DNA of 64,000 nucleotides from Syntrophales bacterium (lineage in GTDB: Bacteria > Desulfobacterota > Syntrophia > Syntrophales > UBA2210), in NCBI GenBank assembly GCA_963666365.2, contig CAXXNF010000002.1:1568001-1632000 (forward strand). The letters are read 5' to 3'. This document shows positions 29,444 through 37,168 of this stretch, piece after piece (position 1 is the first letter of the stretch; each line of letters starts with the position of its first letter). The notes beneath the pieces are model-generated. The model made no database searches. It saw nothing but the letters and a program-made list of their open reading frames with translations, and had not been told where the DNA came from. The position numbers and the translations under genes are program-made.

Positions 29444-30373
29444 TCAACAATTCCCGCATTCGATTTCAAGAAGGTCCCTGCCCCCTCTCTCAAGAATGTT
29501 TCCCGCCACTTTCTTGCCCAGTGCTTCCCACTCACGGTAGTCGTCTCCGGCGCTCTCCGCGATAATAATCCTTCCGTCGGCGCTGCCCACCATACCCCTC
29601 AGGGTCATAAACTCCTTGTCCATCCGGGCGAATCCGGCAATGGGAACCTGACATCCGCCTCCCAGATAGGCAAGAAAGGCGCGCTCCGCCGAAATTTCGA
29701 AGAGTGTCTGCCGGTGATTCAAAAAGGTCACCAGCTCCCGCACTTCCTCATCGTCTTTGCGGATCTCGATGCCCAGCACCCCCTGACCCGCGGCAGGAAG
29801 CATGATTTCATCGGGAATGAACTGCGATATCTCTGTAAAACGCCCCATACGACGCATCCCGGCCGCCGCAAGAATAATTCCGTCGAGACCTTCGCTTTCT
29901 ATTTTTTTGATTCTCGTATCAAGGTTCCCTCTGATAGGCACGACCTCAATATCGGGCAGCAGGTTGAGGAGCTGCATACGGCGCCTCAGTGATCCCGTAC
30001 CGATCTTCGCCCCTGCAGGTAGCTCCTCCAATTTGCGTCTGTCTTTTGAAATCAGCACGTCGCGGTGATCCTCCCGAGCGGGTATGGACGCTATTTCCAG
30101 CTCGTCGGGAAGCTCAACGGGCACATCCTTCATGCTGTGTACCGCCATGTCGATTTTTCCCGAGAGCAGCGCTTCTTCTATCTCCTTGACAAAAATACCC
30201 TTCCCTCCTATCTCGACAAGGGAGACATTCTGCATTCTGTCACCCTTCGTCCGAATGGGTACAATCTGAAAATTCAATCCCCGGTACCGCTCCTTCAACC
30301 GGTCGGCTATATACCGCGCCTGCACCAGGGCAAGATCACTGCCCCGTGTCCCTATATTGAGTGTCCGATCGAT
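29444..30373 (-). CDS. hemC: Hydroxymethylbilane synthase; start extended to a putative ATC codon
   Basis: IGTRGSDLAL upstream of the GTG at 30325, GGKGIFVKEIE, AVHSMKD, RGNLDTR, GGCQVP; start position uncertain. Confidence 0.9.
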   Translation of the reverse strand: MDRTLNIGTRGSDLALVQARYIADRLKERYRGLNFQIVPIRTKGDRMQNVSLVEIGGKGIFVKEIEEALLSGKIDMAVHSMKDVPVELPDELEIASIPAREDHRDVLISKDRRKLEELPAGAKIGTGSLRRRMQLLNLLPDIEVVPIRGNLDTRIKKIESEGLDGIILAAAGMRRMGRFTEISQFIPDEIMLPAAGQGVLGIEIRKDDEEVRELVTFLNHRQTLFEISAERAFLAYLGGGCQVPIAGFARMDKEFMTLRGMVGSADGRIIIAESAGDDYREWEALGKKVAGNILERGGRDLLEIECGNC

Positions 30374-30414
30374 GGTACGCTCCTCCTCTCGTCATTACGG
30401 AATCTGTCGCAGCC

Positions 30415-31683
30415 TCAGTCCCTTTCGAGGCCGAACAATCGTCTTATGGCCGCCACGTATGCATCGGCCCCTCCATTTTCACTTTCCTCTTTGAGACCCG
30501 TCACCGGGCCATGCAGAACTTTGTTCACCACCGCCTGGACCAGCGCCTCCACATGGGCCCTTTCATCAGCGCCAAGGCCTTTCATCCAGCCCATGGACCG
30601 TTCCAGTTCTCCCCTTGTGATATCCTCCAGCTTACTTCTGAGATCGACAATGGTGGGCACTACTTCCAGTGTGGCGTACCACTTTCTGAAATTCTCCACT
30701 TCTTCGTCAATGATTGCCCCCGCTTTACGGGCCTCTTCGATGCGGGTTTTCATGTTCTCGTCAACAACCCCTTGCAGATCATCGATGTTGTAAAGATATA
30801 CATTGTCCATATCCCCCACGGCCGGATCGATGTCGCGGGGTACGGCAATATCGATGAGAAACAGCAGCCTGTTCTTTCGTCTTCGAAGCGCCTTTTCGAT
30901 CATGGCCCGGTTGATGATAAATCCGGGCGTTCCCGTAGAACTTATCACAATATCAGACTCACCCAGTTTCTGCTCCAACGATTCGAATCGGGCCGCCTTT
31001 CCCCCGAATTCATCGGCCAGTCTCAGGGCCTTTTCATAGGTCCTGTTCACAATGCTGACAGTGCGGATACCTTTCTCTGCCAGGTGCCGGGCGGCCAGTT
31101 CGGCCATTTCCCCTGCTCCGACCAGTAACACCGCTTTTCCCGCAAGGTCCCCGAATATCTTTTTCGAAAGTTCTACGGCGGTATATCCCACCGAAACGGC
31201 ATTGGCGGAAATGGCTGTTTCCGTGCGCACCCGCTTCGCCACTCGAAAGGCGTGGTGGAGCAGCTTGTTCAGCATCACCCCGGAGGCCTTTTCCTCGACA
31301 CAGCGGCGGTAGGCATCCTTCACCTGGCCAAGGATCTGTGGCTCCCCCATCACCATTGAATCGATACTCGCGGCAACCCTGAATAAATGCCGTACGGCCT
31401 CCTGGTCCCGATACACATAAAGGCACGCCTCCATCTCCTCGGCGGGAAGATTCCCCTGGGACAAAACAACCCCCTTCAACCCCTCGACCGCGGCATCCGC
31501 ATTGTTCACATGGGCAAGCACCTCCACACGGTTGCAGGTTGCAAGATACAGGACCTCCTTCACCTGGGAAATGTTTTTTACCGCCCGTACCGCGTTCCCC
31601 TCGTCATCGCAGGCGATCGACAGCCGCTCTCTCAGTTCGACGGGCGCCGATTTATGATTCATTCCCAGCAGGATAATATTCAT
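30415..31683 (-). CDS. hemA: Glutamyl-tRNA reductase
   Basis: GMNHKSAP..LRE, TCNRVE, SMVMGEPQILGQVK, GAGEM, DIAVPRDI. Confidence 0.96.
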   Translation of the reverse strand: MNIILLGMNHKSAPVELRERLSIACDDEGNAVRAVKNISQVKEVLYLATCNRVEVLAHVNNADAAVEGLKGVVLSQGNLPAEEMEACLYVYRDQEAVRHLFRVAASIDSMVMGEPQILGQVKDAYRRCVEEKASGVMLNKLLHHAFRVAKRVRTETAISANAVSVGYTAVELSKKIFGDLAGKAVLLVGAGEMAELAARHLAEKGIRTVSIVNRTYEKALRLADEFGGKAARFESLEQKLGESDIVISSTGTPGFIINRAMIEKALRRRKNRLLFLIDIAVPRDIDPAVGDMDNVYLYNIDDLQGVVDENMKTRIEEARKAGAIIDEEVENFRKWYATLEVVPTIVDLRSKLEDITRGELERSMGWMKGLGADERAHVEALVQAVVNKVLHGPVTGLKEESENGGADAYVAAIRRLFGLERD

Positions 31684-31692
31684 CGTTCTCTA

Positions 31693-32505
31693 TTAAAAGG
31701 TGTGCACTGTCACAAAAAACATATTTACGCCCACAAAGGCGAAAAGAAGAATCACGAATGCCCCGATGGAAAGCAACGCCGCCCTTTTCCCCTTCCAGCC
31801 GATGGCAAGCCGCTGATGCACAAGCAGTGCGCACATGATCCACGAAACCAGCGTGGCGATCTGTTTGGGATCGCTCTGCAGATGGCTTCCCCAGACGGTT
31901 CGGGCCCATACTGCGCCGGCAATAATTCCCAGTGTCAGCAGCAGAAAACCCCACACTGCCGATATATGATTAATGCGATCGAGATCTCGAAGCGGCGGAA
32001 GGAAACGATTCAAACTGTCGATCCGCCTTTTTCGAATGAGATTGTCCTGCACAAGATACATTATTGACGAGCAGCAGGCCAACGCAAAAAAAGCGCCGCC
32101 CACAAGTGAACACACCACATGGATCGTCACCCATGACGCCTTGAGCGTATCGTGTATATGCACGGCGCCGATGACCCCCGCCGATGAGGCAATAGAAAGC
32201 AGAAGCGCCAGCGGCGCCACAAAGGCCCCCAGTACCCGCGTCCTGGTCCTGGCCTGAAAGGCAAGATAGACCCCCGAAACGGCCCATGCAATAAATGACA
32301 GGGCCTCAAAGGAATTGACCACGGGACTGTATCCGCTGTGCACCCATCGAATAATTATATAGGCAGTATGAAAACCGAAGGCGCCCGCAAGCACCCAGGT
32401 GGCAGCCCTGGCGACGCCCACACGACGTACCACCAGCGAAGCGATGTAGGCAACCGTGCTGATCAGGTATACGACAAGGGCGCACTTAAAAATAATAATA
32501 TCCAT
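31693..32505 (-). CDS. Cytochrome c assembly family (CcsA/HemX-like) membrane protein
   Basis: Multiple TM helices, W..IH, GAVWA...WG....DPK, GWKGKRAA, C-terminal His. Confidence 0.78.
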   Translation of the reverse strand: MDIIIFKCALVVYLISTVAYIASLVVRRVGVARAATWVLAGAFGFHTAYIIIRWVHSGYSPVVNSFEALSFIAWAVSGVYLAFQARTRTRVLGAFVAPLALLLSIASSAGVIGAVHIHDTLKASWVTIHVVCSLVGGAFFALACCSSIMYLVQDNLIRKRRIDSLNRFLPPLRDLDRINHISAVWGFLLLTLGIIAGAVWARTVWGSHLQSDPKQIATLVSWIMCALLVHQRLAIGWKGKRAALLSIGAFVILLFAFVGVNMFFVTVHTF

Positions 32506-32530
32506 TGTACCTTTTGACTCTTAACCCTGT

Positions 32531-33208
32531 TTATAATAAGTTTTTTCGAATTTCAGTGAGATCTACTTCTTCTCCTGCACACTCGAAAATTACTTTTTCC
32601 ACGCCCTGCCAGTCTTTCCTTATGATGAGATCGAGAATTTCCGAATCCAGAAGCGCTTCAAAGAACCCGCGGTTTTTCTCCGAAGGCATCCCGCGTGAGA
32701 GAATTCGACATCTCAATTCTCCCATTATATCAAGAAGGATGGCGTATTCATTCCCGTAGCGCTCTTCTATCTCCTCTCGTATTCTGCGGGCAAGGGCGGG
32801 GCTCTTACCGCCCGTTGAAACGGCAACGGCAAGATTCCCCCGTTGAAAAAGGGAAGGAACAATGCAGTTGCAAAGGGGGGGGTTATCGACAATATTAACC
32901 AAAAGCCCCCTGGCGTGGCCGTCCTTGTATATCCGCTCATTGATCTCCACCCGGTCGGTCGCGCCGATCACGAGAACGGCGCCTTCGACATAGTCGCATC
33001 GATACTCATCGTTCACATGTTCTATTTCGACACGCTCCCTCATTCGGGCAAGCGCCGGCGTCAAAAACCGCGCTACCACTCTCACGCGGGCGCCGCATTC
33101 CACAAGCCTCTCCACCTTCCGCTGTGCTACCTCGCCGCCGCCTACAACCACGCAGAGCCGATTTTCAAGATTGAGATAGAGAGGATAATAGGCCATTGTT
33201 TCACTCAC
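32531..33208 (-). CDS. Precorrin-2 dehydrogenase / sirohydrochlorin ferrochelatase (CysG N-terminal, SirC/Met8-like)
   Basis: YYP.YL, VVGGGEVAQRK, VNIVD, VSTGGKSPALAR. Confidence 0.9.
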   Translation of the reverse strand: MSETMAYYPLYLNLENRLCVVVGGGEVAQRKVERLVECGARVRVVARFLTPALARMRERVEIEHVNDEYRCDYVEGAVLVIGATDRVEINERIYKDGHARGLLVNIVDNPPLCNCIVPSLFQRGNLAVAVSTGGKSPALARRIREEIEERYGNEYAILLDIMGELRCRILSRGMPSEKNRGFFEALLDSEILDLIIRKDWQGVEKVIFECAGEEVDLTEIRKNLL

Positions 33209-33343
33209 AAAAAGGGGTCAATGAAAAAAGTTTAGTTATCACGAAGATTAGCAAAATTCAAGTGACTTGAATTCTCTCGGAAAAGAAGCTATATAGTACA
33301 AGCACTACGCTATTACGGGGGTTTCGTGAAGGAGGGACACCAT

Positions 33344-34276
33344 ATGCCCACGGCAAAAGAATCGTGGATCGAAATTGTTCTTGAAGCGCCATCCGAAATG
33401 AGCGATGCCATTTCGAATTTCCTTGAGGAATTGGGCACACAGGGCGTCTTTCAGGAAGAGGGGGGAGAAGATTCCTTTGAGAACCTTCAGGCATCGCGGG
33501 AATACGAAAAAATCAAGGCCTACCTGGCCGATGATACAAAAGTAGAGGGGAAGCTCGATGCCCTTCAGGGCTATATCCGAAGCCTTTCGGAACTCTTCCC
33601 GGGCGCGAAAAGGCCCACCTTCACTACCTCGACCATTGTCGATCCAGACTGGGCGGAACGGTGGAAAAAATATTTTAAGCCGCTCCGGATCAGCAAGAAC
33701 ATCGTCGTAAAACCGACATGGGAGCGTTATAGCCCGGAAGGTGGCGACATCATTGTCGATATCGATCCGGGAATGGCCTTTGGGACGGGACAGCACGCCT
33801 CTACGAGGCTCTGCATAAATGCAATAGAAGATATTATTCTGAAAGACAAGCCGCATCACGGCTGGAACGTGCTTGATGTGGGCACCGGCACGGGCATTCT
33901 GGCCATTTGCTGCATCAAGCTGGGAGCGGAGCATGTCACCGCCATTGATGTGGATCCTCAGGCGGTTGATATTGCAGGTAAAAATGTGATTATTAACGGG
34001 GTTGCCGATAAAATCGACATCATGAACCGAGAGGCTACCATGGTACGTGGCGCCTTTAACCTCATTGTGGCCAATCTGACGGCGCCGACCCTCATCAATC
34101 TCCAGGAACAATTGTCTTCGATGATCGAGCCGGGGGGATATCTGGTGGCATCGGGAATCACCGACATGTATATCAACCAGATAGAAAAAGTATTCAAAGC
34201 CGACGATATCGCCGTCTACGAGAGACTCGCCGAAAAGGAGTGGGTCTGCTTCGTATTCAAAAAGAAGGACGCTTGA
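33344..34276 (+). CDS. prmA: Ribosomal protein L11 methyltransferase
   Basis: DW...WKKYFKP, IDPGMAFGTGQHAST, LDVGTGTGILAI, VANL. Confidence 0.93.
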   Translation: MPTAKESWIEIVLEAPSEMSDAISNFLEELGTQGVFQEEGGEDSFENLQASREYEKIKAYLADDTKVEGKLDALQGYIRSLSELFPGAKRPTFTTSTIVDPDWAERWKKYFKPLRISKNIVVKPTWERYSPEGGDIIVDIDPGMAFGTGQHASTRLCINAIEDIILKDKPHHGWNVLDVGTGTGILAICCIKLGAEHVTAIDVDPQAVDIAGKNVIINGVADKIDIMNREATMVRGAFNLIVANLTAPTLINLQEQLSSMIEPGGYLVASGITDMYINQIEKVFKADDIAVYERLAEKEWVCFVFKKKDA

Positions 34277-34277
34277 G

Positions 34278-35048
34278 GTGACGGTTCCAAGAATTTACAG
34301 CCCCGGTCGGAAAGATATCGAAGGCACTATCGAACTGGGAGCAGAAGATCTCCACTACATAAAACATGTACTCAGGCTCAAACCGCATGACCCGATTGTC
34401 GTCTTTGACGGCGGAGGGTCTGAATACGACACGGTCATCGATCGGTTTACCCCTGCCGGCGTGCTCCTCAACATCCTGTCGTCAACGCGCGTTGATACGT
34501 TCCCCGTCAGAATCACCCTTGCACAATCCCTTCCTAAGGAAAGTAAGATGGACCTCATTGTGCAAAAGGCCACCGAACTGGGCGTATGGCGTATTGTACC
34601 ATTCATATCATCGAGAACCGTCCCTCGCCTCACCGAAGAAAAGAAGGCGGCGCGGGTGAAGAGATGGCGAAAAATTGCGGCCGAAGCGTCAAAACAGTGC
34701 CTGAGGGCGCACATACCGAACGTCGGTGACATTGTTTCCTACCGGGACATGCTGGCAGAGGCCGATCCGGAAGCCCTTAACATCATTTTCTGGGAAGAGG
34801 AAACACAACGGGGCATCAAAGAAATTCTTACCGACTCCTCTTATATGAAAATGGAAGACCTTCTCGTCGTGATCGGACCTGAGGGCGGCTTTTCCAGGGA
34901 TGAAGCGGCCATGGCTCAGGAGCATGCGCTCGTGACCGCCCATCTGGGAAGGCAGATTCTCAGGGTGGAAACGGCGTCGCTTGCAGTGCTCGCCATCATT
35001 CAATACGAAATGGGTCTCATCGGTTCGACGGTCAGCAGGGAGAAATAA
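34278..35048 (+). CDS. rsmE: 16S rRNA m3U1498 methyltransferase
   Basis: HVLRL, QKATELGV, IGPEGGF, ILRVETA; follows prmA. Confidence 0.93.
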   Translation: MTVPRIYSPGRKDIEGTIELGAEDLHYIKHVLRLKPHDPIVVFDGGGSEYDTVIDRFTPAGVLLNILSSTRVDTFPVRITLAQSLPKESKMDLIVQKATELGVWRIVPFISSRTVPRLTEEKKAARVKRWRKIAAEASKQCLRAHIPNVGDIVSYRDMLAEADPEALNIIFWEEETQRGIKEILTDSSYMKMEDLLVVIGPEGGFSRDEAAMAQEHALVTAHLGRQILRVETASLAVLAIIQYEMGLIGSTVSREK

Positions 35049-35051
35049 GGC

Positions 35052-35636
35052 ATGAAAGAACATATCTACGGGGGGTTCTGGCGACGGGCTGTGGCCTTCA
35101 GTCTTGACGGCGTCATCATCTTTGCATTCCTGTCGTTGCTTCTGTTCCTTATGGAAAGGGCACTTCCTTCGGCAGCCTACTCCGCTGCCGCCTCAAAATG
35201 GAGCTTGATTGCAGTGCTGCCTTACTACGGGACGGCCCTTATCCTGAACATGTGTTATTTTACTTTTTTTCACGGTTTCGGGGGCCGTACGCCGGGCAAG
35301 ATGCTGCTCGGACTTATGGTCATTCAATCCTCAGGGGACCCGATGACGCCGGGGCTGGCCTTTCTCAGGTGGGTAGGGTCCATAATCTCCCGCATCGTCT
35401 TTATGCTCGGCTTCATCTGGGTCGCCTTTGACGGCAGGAAACAGGGCTGGCATGATAAAATTGCCGGTACCTACGTCATCAAAACCCGCGGTCAGTCCCA
35501 TGGACCGATGGAATCGGCAGCAGCTTCACACAGCGGCTATCCCTTATCACCCCGACACGACTATGATGAAAGATCTGCGGTCCACTGGGAAGACAGTCAT
35601 TATGAAGAAATCGAAAGACATTGGGGACCCTACTAA
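35052..35636 (+). CDS. RDD family membrane protein
   Basis: GFWRR..A..LD, GRTPGK, QGWHDKIAGT.V. Confidence 0.88.
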   Translation: MKEHIYGGFWRRAVAFSLDGVIIFAFLSLLLFLMERALPSAAYSAAASKWSLIAVLPYYGTALILNMCYFTFFHGFGGRTPGKMLLGLMVIQSSGDPMTPGLAFLRWVGSIISRIVFMLGFIWVAFDGRKQGWHDKIAGTYVIKTRGQSHGPMESAAASHSGYPLSPRHDYDERSAVHWEDSHYEEIERHWGPY

Positions 35637-35656
35637 AAAAGACCTTTCAAAAAAGC

Positions 35657-35685
35657 TTGACAAAAAAAAGGAGATCGGCTATTCA
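35657..35685 (+). promoter_or_regulatory. Sigma70 promoter of tRNA-Phe
   Basis: TTGACA-17 nt-TATTCA about 20 nt before the tRNA. Confidence 0.55.
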
Positions 35686-35706
35686 ACATTGCCTCAACGG
35701 AACCGT

Positions 35707-35782
35707 GGGTCGGTAGCTCAGTCGGTAGAGCACGGGACTGAAAATCCCGGTGTCGGCAGTTCGATTCTGCCCTGACCCACCA
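35707..35782 (+). tRNA. tRNA-Phe(GAA)
   Basis: GGGTCGGTAGCTCAGTCGGTAGAGCACGGGACTGAAAATCCCGGTGTCGGCAGTTCGATTCTGCCCTGACCCACCA. Confidence 0.97.
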
Positions 35783-35790
35783 TGAAATTC

Positions 35791-35824
35791 AAGAGGTCGG
35801 CCACTGCGGTTGACCTCTTTTTTT
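35791..35824 (+). terminator. Terminator after tRNA-Phe
   Basis: AAGAGGTCGGCC...GGTTGACCTCTT stem followed by a T-run. Confidence 0.75.
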
Positions 35825-35877
35825 GTATCTATTGCATGGACTGCGCCTGCACAGGTTCATGCCTGTGTATCTGTTAT

Positions 35878-36288
35878 TTATTGCTTGCAGAAACCATAAT
35901 CCCGCGTTTCTGTCACGTGACCGCTCCCTCGTTTCCTGCATACTTTCCAGGCGCTGTTCCAGCAACCGGCCGAGAAACCAGAAATCCCTACCTCATGTCC
36001 CAAAATGCTCGTTTCTGCCAAACTCGAAGCATATCTGTGGTATATAGTCCCGGTAAAACCCGAAGGGCACAAACCTCCCGTATCAAATGTATGGGATCCC
36101 CCTGCGCAGATTGTTACCTCCTCATGTAATCCATTTACAATAAAATTCACGTACAGCCTCACACTGACAAGATATTCCGTATCATTTTTCACCGTAACCA
36201 GCCACGCCTCGGACGATGTAACAGAGCAGAAAACCACAAAAAATACAATACAGATGACAAAGAAGATCTTTTTTGCAGGAAACATCAT
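35878..36288 (-). CDS. Hypothetical small secreted Cys-containing protein
   Basis: GGAGG RBS, signal peptide ending SEA, five Cys in the predicted mature part. Confidence 0.6.
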   Translation of the reverse strand: MMFPAKKIFFVICIVFFVVFCSVTSSEAWLVTVKNDTEYLVSVRLYVNFIVNGLHEEVTICAGGSHTFDTGGLCPSGFTGTIYHRYASSLAETSILGHEVGISGFSAGCWNSAWKVCRKRGSGHVTETRDYGFCKQ

Positions 36289-36402
36289 GGTCCTCCCTGT
36301 AACGGTAATATTGAAATGCTGCATTTCAAGTGATACGTATTTGTGCTGTGTAGATTATTCCAAGTTATTTTCCTGAAGTACCCTCCATTGTCAAGAAGAA
36401 TT

Positions 36403-37153
36403 AATATGGGGACACCATACCTATTTCTTGACTTGCTGCCCCTGCAGGTGTAGGTGATTGTCTATGGCAAGGATAGCGAGAGTCGTGGCTCCAGGGTTTC
36501 CACACCATATAACCCAGCGTGGAAATCGTCGGCAGCAAACTTTTTTTTATGATGACGATTACCAGGCATACTTGGACCTGATGTCTGAGTGGTGTTCCCG
36601 TTGTGGCGTTGAGGTCTGGGCGTATTGCCTCATGCCGAACCATGTCCATTTGATTGCCGTTCCAGAATCTGAGGATGGTCTGCGGCTGGCGATAGGTGAA
36701 GCGCACCGCCGCTATACACGGCTCATAAACTTCCGAGAAGGCTGGAGAGGACATCTCTGGCAGGGAAGATTTGCTTCCTATGTCATGGATGAGCAATATC
36801 TGCTCGCCTGTGCCCGCTACGTCGAGATGAATCCTGTCAGGGCAGGGCTTGTGACAAAACCGGAAAAATGGCTGTGGAGCAGCGCATCGCCACATATGTC
36901 AGGTCATGATGATACACTTGTGAAGGTTGCCCCGCTGCTGCAGATAGCCGGAGGCATGTGGGAGGATTTTTTGCATATCACGGCCGGGGAAGAAGAGATC
37001 ACAGAGCTGCAGAGACATGAACAGACAGGTCGGCCGCTTGGCAGCATACGTTTTATCGAAGGTCTGGAGAACTTCCTGGATCGTCTCTTGCAGCCGAAGA
37101 AGGCGGGAAGAAAACCGAAAGATACAGATAAATAGGTATGGTGTCCCCATATT
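36403..37153. mobile_element. RAYT locus bounded by perfect 24-bp inverted repeats
   Basis: AATATGGGGACACCATACCTATTT at 36403-36426 and its exact reverse complement at 37130-37153. Confidence 0.8.
36464..37135 (+). CDS. REP-associated tyrosine transposase (HUH Y1 family)
   Basis: HHITQRGN.RQ..F, AYCLMPNHVHL (HUH), GHLWQGRF, RYVEMNPVRAG, WLWSS. Confidence 0.9.
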   Translation: MARIARVVAPGFPHHITQRGNRRQQTFFYDDDYQAYLDLMSEWCSRCGVEVWAYCLMPNHVHLIAVPESEDGLRLAIGEAHRRYTRLINFREGWRGHLWQGRFASYVMDEQYLLACARYVEMNPVRAGLVTKPEKWLWSSASPHMSGHDDTLVKVAPLLQIAGGMWEDFLHITAGEEEITELQRHEQTGRPLGSIRFIEGLENFLDRLLQPKKAGRKPKDTDK

Positions 37154-37168
37154 TTAGGAGTTGTACGC

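Noticed and set aside
33334..33344. GGGACACCATA matching the RAYT repeat before prmA (and ATATGGGACACC near 40341)
   Set aside because: Only short partial matches, overlapping an RBS or coding sequence and lacking the CTATTT half; probably chance
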